Numbered from the stretch's first letter, positions 1-9,367 are shown. The stretch: DNA of 64,000 nt from Bacteroidia bacterium (GCA_007695305.1 REEA01000164.1:5180-69179), one strand, 5' to 3'. Notes: generated by a model not told the origin, from the sequence alone. A program made the numbers and translations.

Positions 1-888
1 CATATTATTCTCAAAGGAAACAGCCATCTCTGGACATTATTGCATCTGAAATATACACGACATCTGATCGCCAAACCCGGAGGGTCGGGTGGAAAACAGC
101 AAAGCAGCGGTGCATCCGGTCAGGATGTCATCGTGGAAGTCCCGCTGGGTACCGTTGTGAAAGATGCAGAAACCGGAGCTTACGTTACTGAAATCACTCA
201 TCACGATGAAAGATTTGTGTTGCTCAGCGGTGGAAAAGGAGGGAGGGGTAATGTGCACTTTAAATCTAGCACCAGGCAAACACCAAGATATGCACAACCC
301 GGCCTTCCCGGTCAGGAAAAATGGTTTATACTTGAGCTGAAAATACTTGCGGATGTAGGACTCGTCGGATTCCCAAATGCAGGAAAGTCTACCCTGTTGT
401 CAGTGGTAAGTGCAGCCAAACCGGAAATCGCTGATTATCCCTTTACAACGCTGGTGCCCAATCTCGGAATGGTGGCCTACCGCGATAATCGATCCTTTGT
501 AATGGCTGATATCCCGGGTATCATCGAAGGAGCACACAAAGGCAAAGGCCTTGGTCACCGATTCCTGCGGCATATTGAACGAAATGCTTTGCTTTTGTTC
601 ATGATACCAGCTGACAGCCCCGATATACCGGAAGAGTACAGAATTCTGCTGCACGAACTTCAGGAGTATAACCCTGAGTTACTCGATAAACAGCGTTTGC
701 TGGCCATAAGCAAATGCGACCTCCTGCATGAAACCGATCTTGATGAGTTACAAAAAAATCTGGAAATATCAGTTCCGGATACGGTGAAAGTATTTATCTC
801 TTCCCATACCAACCGGGGTATCCAAAATCTCAAGGACACACTTTGGCATATGATGGATCAGGAAGAGGTATCAAACGATCAAAAATAA
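1..888 (+). CDS. obg: GTPase Obg/CgtA, 5' end cut by window edge
   Basis: The frame is open from nt 1 ([21 protein letters not shown]...), upstream of the tracked ATG at 40. It has a glycine-rich Obg-fold remnant (GGKGGRGN), G1 [10 protein letters not shown]3 DIPG and a G4-like SKCD. Confidence 0.9.
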   Translation, partial: HIILKGNSHLWTLLHLKYTRHLIAKPGGSGGKQQSSGASGQDVIVEVPLGTVVKDAETGAYVTEITHHDERFVLLSGGKGGRGNVHFKSSTRQTPRYAQPGLPGQEKWFILELKILADVGLVGFPNAGKSTLLSVVSAAKPEIADYPFTTLVPNLGMVAYRDNRSFVMADIPGIIEGAHKGKGLGHRFLRHIERNALLLFMIPADSPDIPEEYRILLHELQEYNPELLDKQRLLAISKCDLLHETDLDELQKNLEISVPDTVKVFISSHTNRGIQNLKDTLWHMMDQEEVSNDQK

Positions 889-1343
889 CCGGACAACTTC
901 CCTTCAATCTTTTCAATATGAATATGTATCACCGTTACATTGTTAATGGCAGGTGCATTGTATGAAAAATCCCTGCCGGTATATTTCTGCATGGTAACAT
1001 TCATAATACGCACCTTTTCATCATAATCCTCAATGAATTCAGCACGTCCGTATGCCAAAACACTGCGATACTTCATACCATAACTGCATGCCACCTTATC
1101 GTGCCTGTGAAACAACTGATGATCGGTGCTAAATGCCACACATACCCGGGGATCGTTCTTTAACACCTCAATCTTCTTGCCCTGAGGTGCCATATGCAAA
1201 TAAAGGCTGCCTTCTTCATATCCAAAATTGAATGGCAATACATAAGGATTCCCTTCACTGTCTGTCATGCCAACATAGCATGTATCGCACTTATCAATGA
1301 TTTCACGAATTTTTTGGGGATTACTGATCAGGTTCGTTGCCAT
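879..1343 (-). CDS. pyridoxamine 5'-phosphate oxidase-like FMN-binding protein (Nim / general-stress type)
   Basis: 154-aa ORF with a pattern typical of the split-barrel PNPOx/Nim family ([50 protein letters not shown]). Its 3' end overlaps the obg 3' end by 10 nt, convergently. Confidence 0.75.
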   Translation of the reverse strand: MATNLISNPQKIREIIDKCDTCYVGMTDSEGNPYVLPFNFGYEEGSLYLHMAPQGKKIEVLKNDPRVCVAFSTDHQLFHRHDKVACSYGMKYRSVLAYGRAEFIEDYDEKVRIMNVTMQKYTGRDFSYNAPAINNVTVIHIHIEKIEGKLSGYF

Positions 1344-1463
1344 ACAACAATTTGTTTTGGTTCATAACAGGGTTAAACACTTTAACATCAAAAATAAAGT
1401 TTTTTTGCAAAATGACCGGTTTCGATATTTTATGGCAGGATTTTTGTTAAAAAATATCAAAAA

Positions 1464-1499
1464 AACTAATAAATTAGTTCTATTACTAAAAAATTAGTT
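1464..1499. promoter_or_regulatory. two tandem 16-bp dyad repeats, putative operator of the BlaI-family repressor
   Basis: AACTAATAAATTAGTT (1464-1479) has 7-bp perfect inverted arms and a 2-nt spacer. TACTAAAAAATTAGTT (1484-1499) is 14/16 identical to it. The centres are 20 bp apart, 53-88 nt upstream of the repressor ATG, and the second dyad abuts a near-consensus -7 box, TATACTTG (1499-1506). Confidence 0.4.
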
Positions 1500-1551
1500 A
1501 TACTTGCATTTTCAAATTCTCTCTGTATATAATCATAAAAGGGTAAAAGCG

Positions 1552-1929
1552 ATGAAAGAGCTTACAAAGGCAGAAGAACAGGTGATGCAGATTTTGTGGG
1601 ATATCAAGGCCGGTTTTGTTAAGGATATACTGACAGGTTTCCCGGAACCAAAACCGGCTTATACTACGGTATCTACCATTGTCAGAATTTTGGAAGAAAA
1701 GGGATTTGTCGGGCACAAAGCATTTGGTAAGGCGCATCAGTATTATCCGCTTATCGAGAAACCCAATTATACGCGCGTGATGATGAAAGGCATTATGCAC
1801 CGGTATTTTGGCAATTCACTGCGCCAGATGGTTTCCTTTTTTTCACATGAAAAAGGGCTTTCTGCTTCTGACCTGGAGGAATTAAAACGGATCATTGACG
1901 ATGAAATCCAAAAGAAAAAAGATTTCTGA
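1552..1929 (+). CDS. BlaI/MecI/CopY-family winged-helix transcriptional repressor
   Basis: MKELTKAEEQVMQILW...TTVSTIVRILEEKGFV... is the typical penicillinase-repressor fold at about 125 aa. I prefer ATG 1552 to the tracked upstream start at 1504. An M56 gene follows 60 nt downstream. Confidence 0.85.
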   Translation: MKELTKAEEQVMQILWDIKAGFVKDILTGFPEPKPAYTTVSTIVRILEEKGFVGHKAFGKAHQYYPLIEKPNYTRVMMKGIMHRYFGNSLRQMVSFFSHEKGLSASDLEELKRIIDDEIQKKKDF

Positions 1930-1988
1930 ATTTCAGAAGCATAACGTATAAATCGGACTTTATAGACAGACAATAAATAATTTGCAAC

Positions 1989-3479
1989 ATGGAACAATTA
2001 AGCCTGTGGTTATTCTGGTCGTCTTTATACTTAATCATTGTTGGTATTGCTTATTATTCCTTTCTGAGGAAGCAACTGTCACCCGGGCATGGCAGGATTT
2101 TTATCCTGTCGGGGCTTTTCATCGCCATTCTCTTGGGTGCATGCTCGTTTATATCCTTTCCGCAGGACGTAACGGCTATCAGTTCGCCAACGGTTCTTTT
2201 GCCTGAAGTAGTGGTCATGGCGTCTTCAGGAGCTGAAACAGTCAGGCATGAACTGACAAGTGTTTTTGTAAGCAGCCGGATTTTATTTTTCATAAGTCTG
2301 ACCGTTTCTGCTTTGCTCTCCATCAGGGTTGCCGTTAGTCTTATTCTTTTACTATTCAGGATCAAATTCAACCGCCGCCTGAACATTGGAGGATCGAACG
2401 TATTACCTGTTTCCGGTGACATTTCACCCTGCTCATTCTTTTCTTTTGTGTTTGTTCCCGAAAGCCTGCTTGACAAACCGGTCCTGAACACAATACTGGT
2501 GCATGAGCGGGCACATATCATTAAAGGTCACTCTGTTGATTTGATTTTTATTGAGCTGCTGACCATTGTCTTTTGGTTTCACCCGGTTTTGTGGCTTTTG
2601 CGCAAGGAACTGAAAACACTCCAGGAATATGAAGCTGACCGTTATGTACTTAACCAGAATGTGGATAAACAATCATACCAAAAACTATTGCTTGACATCT
2701 CCCTGTCGGGCATGCGTATTCCAATTACAAACCCTTTAAACTACTCATCCCTAAAAAAAAGAATCATGATGATGAACAAAAAAGTCAGAAAAAATTCAAG
2801 GTGGTCGATTACGACCATGTTGATGGTAATCCCTTTGATGGGCATGGTGTTAATGCTCCAGGCAATTGATCCTCAATCACAGAGGGTTAGGATACCGAGT
2901 GAGACGCAGGAGCAGAACAATGCCAGGTCTGCTTATGATGAAGATGTCATTTTTACGATCGTGGAACAATTACCTTCTTTCCCGGGTGGAACAGATGCAA
3001 AGCTGCATTTTCTTCAAAGCAAATTAAGGTATCCGGCGGAAGCGAGGGAGGCAGGCATACAGGGTACGGTGTTTGTCACTTTCGTTGTGGAAAATGACGG
3101 TGAGATCAGTGACGTACGTGTGTTACGCGGCATTGGCGGCGGTTGCGATGAAGAAGCTGTTCGTGTTGTTGAAAAAATGCCTGCATGGGAACCGGGTGTT
3201 CAGCGTGGGGAAAAAGTTCGTGTACAGTTTAACCTGCCGATTCGTTTTAAACTAAATGGCGATAACAACAAAGAAAGCCAAAACCGCGAAGACGGTGACC
3301 AGACTACTGGTGTAATGATCATTTTGGATGGAGAAAAAATAGGCCTGGTAAGGGGGATGGACCTGAATACCTTCATCCCCGTTGAACAGATCGGACATGT
3401 TGAGGTATTGACCGGGGAAAAGGCTGCTGAATACGGATACGAAAGGGTGATAAAGATTACCCGGAAAGAGAGGGAATAA
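1989..3479 (+). CDS. M56 (BlaR1-like) membrane metalloprotease fused to a TonB C-terminal domain
   Basis: There are several N-terminal TM helices and an HExxH motif (HERAH, nt 2502-2516) with a downstream EYEADRY. A TonB_C-like block follows (EQLPSFPGG...AREAGIQGTVFVTFVVENDGEISDVRVLRGIGGGCDEEAVRVVEKMPAWEPG...). The last ~85 aa are an extra tail. Confidence 0.85.
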   Translation: MEQLSLWLFWSSLYLIIVGIAYYSFLRKQLSPGHGRIFILSGLFIAILLGACSFISFPQDVTAISSPTVLLPEVVVMASSGAETVRHELTSVFVSSRILFFISLTVSALLSIRVAVSLILLLFRIKFNRRLNIGGSNVLPVSGDISPCSFFSFVFVPESLLDKPVLNTILVHERAHIIKGHSVDLIFIELLTIVFWFHPVLWLLRKELKTLQEYEADRYVLNQNVDKQSYQKLLLDISLSGMRIPITNPLNYSSLKKRIMMMNKKVRKNSRWSITTMLMVIPLMGMVLMLQAIDPQSQRVRIPSETQEQNNARSAYDEDVIFTIVEQLPSFPGGTDAKLHFLQSKLRYPAEAREAGIQGTVFVTFVVENDGEISDVRVLRGIGGGCDEEAVRVVEKMPAWEPGVQRGEKVRVQFNLPIRFKLNGDNNKESQNREDGDQTTGVMIILDGEKIGLVRGMDLNTFIPVEQIGHVEVLTGEKAAEYGYERVIKITRKERE

Positions 3480-3558
3480 CAAGGTATTCTGGCCGGTTAA
3501 GCCCTGCCGGGATTATTGATGTTTTGAACGATTCGCTTTTTACAGGTGGATCGTTTTT

Positions 3559-5166
3559 TTATATCACGCTAAGTATCTTTGAAAAGACAATCATCAGAAC
3601 CAGCGCAAGTGGATAAACGGTAGCATATCCAAGCGATGCTGCATCTGTATCGGTTTTGGCATCAGCGGCCGCCAGTCCCGGAGTGCTTGTCATGCTGCCT
3701 GCTATCACACCCAACAGAGTGGCAAAATTGATTTTCAGGAGGTACTTCCCGATAATGGCCGTGATCACCATTGGCACAATGGTGATCAGAATACCTGTAT
3801 ATAAAAGTGTCCAGCCGTATTCGGTCAGGGCATCGGCGATATGTGCACCCGCGTGGGTTCCCACTGTGGCCAAAAACATAAGGAGCCCAAGTTTTCTCAG
3901 CAAGTTGTTGGCTCCGCCCGACATATTCCAAATGATTGGCCCGGTTTTACCCATTTTACTCAGCAGGAGTGCCGCTGTGAGCACGCCGCCTGTTGTCCCC
4001 AGGCTGAATTCAAACAGGCCAAAAACAGGGAAATTAACGGCTCCCAGCAAAACGCCAATGACAATACCCAGACTGATGGGCAAAAAGTTTGTTTCACTGA
4101 GCTGTTTCTCATTATTGCCAAGCAACTGCATCACCTTGGGCATATTTTCCTCATCGGCAGCGATTAAAACCTTGTCTCCAAAACGAAGGGTGCTGCCTGC
4201 CCGCGGTGAAATATCAATGCCGCTGCGACGGATCCTGGTGACGGTTGCGTTGTAGTATGCCGTCATATTCAACTCACTCAAACTTTTATTAATAACGTCC
4301 TTGTTGGTGACCAATATCCAATTAATTTTATATCCGGAGGCTTTCGGAATTTTTTCATTGGTAGGCGGACCAATCATCATTTCAACTTTCTCCAAAGCCT
4401 CTTTTGTGCCAACTATTTTTAATACATCACCCAAATATAAACGGGTTTGCTCTCCCGGCGCATACACCTGTTCTCCGTGGCGTATCCTGCTGATCACCGC
4501 CCGTGTCATGGCACCGACACCAATTTCGCGAATGGTTTTTCCATGGATATTTTTGTTTTCCATGACAAAATGCTGGGCGTTCACCTTCGGAAAGTCTGCT
4601 TCCAGATTTTCCAGATACGCTTTCCCCTGCTTTTTCATGTCAACACGCAAAATAAGCGGAAGAAGATGTATGGTAAGTATGGCAAAAATGGCTCCCGCGG
4701 GATACACCACACCATATCCGATTGAAGGCGTGGTAGAGCCGGAAACGTCAATCGCAGCGGCCAAGCCCGAAGTACTGGTAAGTGCCCCGTTAAAAATCCC
4801 AACCCCCAAAAGCGGATCAAGACCAAAAATACGCGTCGTGGCAAAACTGAGCAGGGCAGCAGTACTGACAAGCAACAAACAGATAGTCAAAAACTGACGT
4901 CCCGATTTTCGGAATGCCTCAAAAAAGCCGGGGCCTGCCTGAATACCTATGGTGAAAATAAAAAAGACCAGACCGATCGTCTGAAATGCCTCCGGAACCA
5001 TGATGCCGTAATGTCCCATAATCAGCGCCACAAAGACCACGGCAGATAAATCCAGGGAAAAACCGTGGAATTTGACGTTGCCCAACATGATACCAAGTGT
5101 AATGATCAGGAATAGGGCAAAATAGCCTTCGTATATCAATTCAGTCATCGCATTTGTTTTGAACAT
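3559..5166 (-). CDS. YidE/YbjL/AspT-type transporter with two internal RCK_C (TrkA-C) domains
   Basis: 535 aa with duplicated polytopic halves flanking two soluble RCK_C-like segments (...RHGEQVYAPGEQTRLYLGDVLKIVG... and ...RRSGIDISPRAGSTLRFGDKVLIAA...). The start could instead be Met7 (nt 5148). Confidence 0.8.
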   Translation of the reverse strand: MFKTNAMTELIYEGYFALFLIITLGIMLGNVKFHGFSLDLSAVVFVALIMGHYGIMVPEAFQTIGLVFFIFTIGIQAGPGFFEAFRKSGRQFLTICLLLVSTAALLSFATTRIFGLDPLLGVGIFNGALTSTSGLAAAIDVSGSTTPSIGYGVVYPAGAIFAILTIHLLPLILRVDMKKQGKAYLENLEADFPKVNAQHFVMENKNIHGKTIREIGVGAMTRAVISRIRHGEQVYAPGEQTRLYLGDVLKIVGTKEALEKVEMMIGPPTNEKIPKASGYKINWILVTNKDVINKSLSELNMTAYYNATVTRIRRSGIDISPRAGSTLRFGDKVLIAADEENMPKVMQLLGNNEKQLSETNFLPISLGIVIGVLLGAVNFPVFGLFEFSLGTTGGVLTAALLLSKMGKTGPIIWNMSGGANNLLRKLGLLMFLATVGTHAGAHIADALTEYGWTLLYTGILITIVPMVITAIIGKYLLKINFATLLGVIAGSMTSTPGLAAADAKTDTDAASLGYATVYPLALVLMIVFSKILSVI

Positions 5167-5416
5167 TCAAAACCATTAACTGGTTTATTCATTCAGACAT
5201 GCAAAGGTAATTCATCTTTGATATTCTTGTTCCATTGAAATCATATATTTTTACTGTGATGAGATTACTTGCAGATATGCTTCACGGCCATCAAAATATC
5301 CGAAGTGCCCTGTGAAAGATGTATCCCAGCGTTTAAACAAAAGGATCACCGGTTCAGGCAGGTTTTTACAAACAAAATTTTTTTAACGCCCACATTATCC
5401 TATAACCGCAGAAAAC

Positions 5417-6727
5417 ATGAAAAAAGATGTTGAAATAAACCTTTTCTGGTTTCGCCGTGACCTGCGGTTTACCGACAACAAGGCACTTTTTCATGCTTTG
5501 GAACCAGGCAAACCGATCATGTTATTGTTCGTATTCGATGACGATATTCTGGATCCGTTACCTGCCAATGATCACCGGGTTACATTCATTTATGATACCT
5601 TATCGGCCATGCATAAGAAGGTTGCCGGGCAAGGCGGTGGTCTGGAAGTACGCCGGGGTAAACCCATGGAGGTTTTGCATGAGTTGATTCATACATACCG
5701 TATCCGGTCAGTTTTTTGCAATGCCGATCACGAACCCTATGGTATCCATAGAGACGAGGAGGTGAAAAAACTTTTGGACAGTAAGGGTGTTGGTTTTTAT
5801 CAATACCTGGATCATCTCATCATGGAGAAAAGCGAGGTAGTAAAACCTGACGGCACTCCTTACCAGGTTTTTACGCCATACAGCAAACGCTGGAAAGATA
5901 ATCTTGAAGAGAAACACCTGAAACAGTATCATTGCACAGAATTGCTGAAAGATGCGGTTTTCGTAACGGACAGCCATTTCCCGGAGATGGATGATATCGC
6001 GCTGGAAAGATCTTCCCTGTCTGCGCCGGCTTTGCGATTGGATGAAATGCTGATACGAAATTATCACCGGCAACGCGACATTCCTTCCATCAATGGCACC
6101 AGCCGGTTGGGCGTGCACCTGCGTTTTGGAACCCTCAGCATTCGTGAGCTGGTCGGAAAAGGCCTTCAATGGAATGATACTTATCTGAACGAGCTGATCT
6201 GGCGTGAATTTTATGCCATGATACTCTGGCACTATCCGGATGTGGTGACAAAATCGTTTAAAAGTGCATACGACCGGATTCGGTGGCGGAATAATGAAAA
6301 AGAATTTGAAGCATGGAAACATGGCATGACCGGGTTTCCAATGGTGGATGCCGGAATGCGTCAACTAAGCAATACCGGCTATATGCATAATAGGCTGCGT
6401 ATGGTCACTGCCAGCTTTCTGAGCAAGCATTTGCTCATCGATTGGAGATGGGGGGAAGCCTGGTTTGCCGAAAAGCTGTTTGATTATGAATTGTCATCAA
6501 ACAATGGCGGATGGCAGTGGAGTGCGGGTACAGGCTGCGATGCGGCACCTTATTTCCGGATTTTTAACCCTGTGGCGCAGCAAAAGAAGTTTGATCCTGA
6601 AGGCAAATATATCACCAGGTGGGTGCCGGAGATACATGAGATGGATTACCCGCCTCCCATCGTGGATCATGCTCTTGCCCGGGATCGCTGCCTGAAAGTC
6701 TATAAGGAAGCTTTGCAAAATGAATAA
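5417..6727 (+). CDS. phr: deoxyribodipyrimidine photolyase / cryptochrome-family FAD protein
   Basis: The N-terminus has LFWFRRDLRFTDN. The C-terminal FAD-binding block is WREFY...TGFPMVDAGMRQL..TGYMHNRLRMVTASFL...WGEAWF...L.D.EL.SNNGGWQW.AGTG.DAAPYFRIFNP. Confidence 0.88.
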   Translation: MKKDVEINLFWFRRDLRFTDNKALFHALEPGKPIMLLFVFDDDILDPLPANDHRVTFIYDTLSAMHKKVAGQGGGLEVRRGKPMEVLHELIHTYRIRSVFCNADHEPYGIHRDEEVKKLLDSKGVGFYQYLDHLIMEKSEVVKPDGTPYQVFTPYSKRWKDNLEEKHLKQYHCTELLKDAVFVTDSHFPEMDDIALERSSLSAPALRLDEMLIRNYHRQRDIPSINGTSRLGVHLRFGTLSIRELVGKGLQWNDTYLNELIWREFYAMILWHYPDVVTKSFKSAYDRIRWRNNEKEFEAWKHGMTGFPMVDAGMRQLSNTGYMHNRLRMVTASFLSKHLLIDWRWGEAWFAEKLFDYELSSNNGGWQWSAGTGCDAAPYFRIFNPVAQQKKFDPEGKYITRWVPEIHEMDYPPPIVDHALARDRCLKVYKEALQNE

Positions 6728-6867
6728 ACATGGAAGGATGAAGGAGATCATAATCATAAAACAAAGGTTGGAGCACCATGTTCTATTATAATCAGTGAAA
6801 TACATGAAGACTATGTGCCGGTAAATATCATACATGTCATCATCAACAAAATAATTGCAACAATAAA

Positions 6868-7533
6868 ATGCCCGAATTAAATATCAATAGTTTAATGCTG
6901 CTGGCCAATCGTTTGCGTAATATGGACCGTTCCAATTTGCCGGGTTTGAATGTACAGCTGAATATGGCGCCTGTGCTGCGCAAACATGAAATTCGCGGGG
7001 TAGGTGAAGGTCGCGAACCTGTTACCAGCAGTGTGTTGATTCTGCTCTATCCGGATGCACACAATGAGGTTAGTACGGTGATGATGCAAAGACCAACATA
7101 CGATGGGGTGCATAGCGGTCAAATTTCTTTTCCGGGTGGCCGTTATGAAAAAAGCGACGGAAACCTGCAGCTCACTGCCATAAGGGAAACCCATGAAGAG
7201 ATTGGGATTCCTCCCCATAAAATTGAAATAATAAACCGTTTAACCGATTTATATATCCCCCCAAGCAATTACATCGTTTCCCCTTTCATTGGCTTGCTTC
7301 AAGAAACGCCTGTATTTAAGCCCGATAAAAAAGAGGTGGAACGTCTTATTACAATACCCCTGAAATTGTTTCTTGGGGAAAAAAGCATTCAGAAAGTGCC
7401 CATCCGGCTTTCCAATGGTCAAACTTTTCATACACCATGTTACCTGATCAATGGAGATGTGATTTGGGGTGCCACTGCTATGATCATGGCCGAGTTTCTT
7501 GCCCTGTTAGAAGAGTTCCTTTCAAAAAAATAG
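6868..7533 (+). CDS. NUDIX hydrolase, CoA-pyrophosphatase-like
   Basis: The Nudix box GQISFPGGRYEKSDGNLQLTAIRETHEEIGI is present, and the overall length and layout resemble NudL-type CoA pyrophosphatases. Confidence 0.8.
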   Translation: MPELNINSLMLLANRLRNMDRSNLPGLNVQLNMAPVLRKHEIRGVGEGREPVTSSVLILLYPDAHNEVSTVMMQRPTYDGVHSGQISFPGGRYEKSDGNLQLTAIRETHEEIGIPPHKIEIINRLTDLYIPPSNYIVSPFIGLLQETPVFKPDKKEVERLITIPLKLFLGEKSIQKVPIRLSNGQTFHTPCYLINGDVIWGATAMIMAEFLALLEEFLSKK

Positions 7534-7596
7534 GATTTGCCCGTTATGACCATTTGTTGTACATTTATAATTCAGTATCAAATATCGTAGGCTAAT

Positions 7597-8691
7597 ATGC
7601 AAAACCCTTGTATCATATTTAGTTTATGCGTACACATTGTATTCCAATCCCTTGTTTGGGCAGAGAATGCAGATGGTTCATCTTTCCCCGGCCAGGCCAA
7701 TAATCCCAGCCCATGGCATCCCGGAAGTCGTGAATACGAGCAACTTACCACACATGAATACAATGAGCATGGAGCAAAGAAACGGATAACCGAATACGTA
7801 TCCCACGGAAAGTTGCAATATACCCAGGAGTTCTTTTATAATGATAAGGGTTTCATGACACATGAAACAAAAACTGATCAAGGGGGTATAATTCGGGAAA
7901 AACGCGTGTTTTCATATGACTCTTCAGGAAATCTGGTTGAGCAAATCACCAGTGATGGAGACGGGCAAATTCTTTCCAGGAACATATTTCGTTATGATTC
8001 AACAGGGGTGTTCCGGACGGAGTGGTTGTTGTTCGGGGAGGGCAATGAATTAAATTGGCATCGTATATACATTCATGATGAAGATGGGAAGCGCCTGGAA
8101 GAACACTGGAATGATGGGCGCGGTCGCTTAAGCTATCTGTATATTTACACATACGATGAGATGTCGAATATGACCGGACAAAATGTTTACGATGGCAGGG
8201 GGCGTTTACGCTGGCGCTATGTTTATGATTATAATATAGCGGGAAGAAGGATTGCCGTAAAGTGGTATGACCACCGGAATATTTTGCAATGGATTCGGAC
8301 TTACCGTTTCGATAACTCCGGTAACCGTGTTGAGGAAAGGCGATATGAGGGACACCGTCGCTTATTTTCCAGGGAGTACCGCTACAGAATGGTTCATCAG
8401 TTTCTTTACCGGCATGATGACAGGGGTAGGATCGTTGAAATGCAGGTTTATGACGGTTGGGGCAGATTTCATTATTCCATGAGTCAATCATTTGATCAGA
8501 ATGGCCGCCTGGTTTATTATGATCGTTCTGACGCATTTGGTAAGCGAGAACTATCATACCGTTATGCTTACAATGAAAAGGGTTTGCGTGCTGCCTGGAT
8601 ATGGTTTGACAGATACGGAAACGAAGACTTGCGCTTTGTTTATGAGTATGATGCCGCGGGAAGATTGCTTAAAGAGTTCAGATATGAATAA
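7597..8691 (+). CDS. secreted YD/RHS-repeat protein (repeats only, no core or toxin domain)
   Basis: There is an N-terminal signal-like segment (IIFSLCVHIVFQSLVWA). About 14 degenerate ~22-aa repeats of the YDxxGR(L/I) type follow (YDSSGNLVEQ, YDSTGVFRTE, YDGRGRLRWRYVYDY, FDNSGNRVEERRYE, DDRGRIVEMQVYDGWGR, FDQNGRLVYYD, YDAAGRLLKEFRYE). Confidence 0.7.
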   Translation: MQNPCIIFSLCVHIVFQSLVWAENADGSSFPGQANNPSPWHPGSREYEQLTTHEYNEHGAKKRITEYVSHGKLQYTQEFFYNDKGFMTHETKTDQGGIIREKRVFSYDSSGNLVEQITSDGDGQILSRNIFRYDSTGVFRTEWLLFGEGNELNWHRIYIHDEDGKRLEEHWNDGRGRLSYLYIYTYDEMSNMTGQNVYDGRGRLRWRYVYDYNIAGRRIAVKWYDHRNILQWIRTYRFDNSGNRVEERRYEGHRRLFSREYRYRMVHQFLYRHDDRGRIVEMQVYDGWGRFHYSMSQSFDQNGRLVYYDRSDAFGKRELSYRYAYNEKGLRAAWIWFDRYGNEDLRFVYEYDAAGRLLKEFRYE

Positions 8692-8719
8692 AAAAAAGAG
8701 GTCACCCTTGAGTGACCTC
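8690..8719 (-). terminator. rho-independent terminator of the rplT operon (shared gap with the convergent YD-repeat gene)
   Basis: The perfect 8-bp stem GAGGTCAC (8698-8705) / GTGACCTC (8712-8719) has a 6-nt loop. On the minus strand the hairpin is followed by T8 (plus-strand A-run 8690-8697), 21 nt after the rplT stop. Confidence 0.55.
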
Positions 8720-8740
8720 CCTAATGTCCGTTTATCTTTC

Positions 8741-9085
8741 TTATTTTACTGAATCAACAATTGCTTTGAACGCATTGGGGTGGTTCATGGCCAGATCGGC
8801 TAGCACTTTCCGGTTGATTTGAATGTTTTTCGCGTTCAGTTTGCCTATAAACTGTGAATAACTCATATCGTATTGCCTTACCGCAGCATTGATACGCTGA
8901 ATCCAGAGTTTTCTAAACTCTCTCTTTTTTGTCCTTCTGTCGCGGTAGGCATATTGCAGTCCTTTTTCATAGGTGTTTTTCGCTACCGTATAAACATTTT
9001 TTCTTGCACCAAAGTATCCTTTGGTAAGTTTAAGCAGCTTTTTCCTTTTGCGCCTTGAGGCGACTTTGTTTACTGATCTTGGCAT
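8741..9085 (-). CDS. rplT: 50S ribosomal protein L20
   Basis: [37 protein letters not shown]... is a canonical L20 sequence, and the gene sits in the conserved infC-rpmI-rplT order. Confidence 0.95.
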   Translation of the reverse strand: MPRSVNKVASRRKRKKLLKLTKGYFGARKNVYTVAKNTYEKGLQYAYRDRRTKKREFRKLWIQRINAAVRQYDMSYSQFIGKLNAKNIQINRKVLADLAMNHPNAFKAIVDSVK

Positions 9086-9172
9086 AATCTTGTTTTTTGT
9101 TTGTTAAGCGCTCTCCTCGTTCATCGGGAAAGACTTGTCCGGCATTAACAAAGGTTAATAATCATTAAGTTA

Positions 9173-9367
9173 CTAAATGGCCAGCATGGCTTTAATGTTC
9201 TTTTCATCTGCCTTGTGCACCAAGGTGGTTTTGGTCAGATTCTTTTTTCTCTTTTTGCTTTTTTTCGTCAGAATATGACTTTTGTAAGCGTGTTTGCGTT
9301 TAATTTTACCGGAGGCGGTAAGAGAAAACCGTTTTTTGGCTCCGGATTTGGTCTTCATTTTTGGCAT
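9173..9367 (-). CDS. rpmI: 50S ribosomal protein L35
   Basis: [33 protein letters not shown] is a canonical L35 sequence of 64 aa. Confidence 0.95.
   Translation of the reverse strand: MPKMKTKSGAKKRFSLTASGKIKRKHAYKSHILTKKSKKRKKNLTKTTLVHKADEKNIKAMLAI

Noticed and set aside
879-888. Convergent 10-nt gene-end overlaps (obg with the PNPOx-like gene, and also the lipoprotein gene with tsaD at 16764-16773)
   Set aside because: This is ordinary compaction in dense bacterial genomes, and no structure or recoding signal is visible.
3656-4897. 199-aa and 198-aa ORFs antisense to the YidE/YbjL-type transporter
   Set aside because: These are shadow frames of a strongly supported polytopic transporter gene. 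Their Pro/Ser/Ala-rich translations have no domain signature.
5708-6364. 218-aa ORF antisense to the photolyase gene
   Set aside because: The photolyase frame carries the full FAD-binding signature, whereas the antisense translation has no motifs.
7946-8557. 203-aa ORF antisense to the YD-repeat gene
   Set aside because: It is a by-product of the repeat codon bias (the reverse of Tyr/Asp/Arg-rich codons). The sense frame has a signal peptide and periodic repeats.
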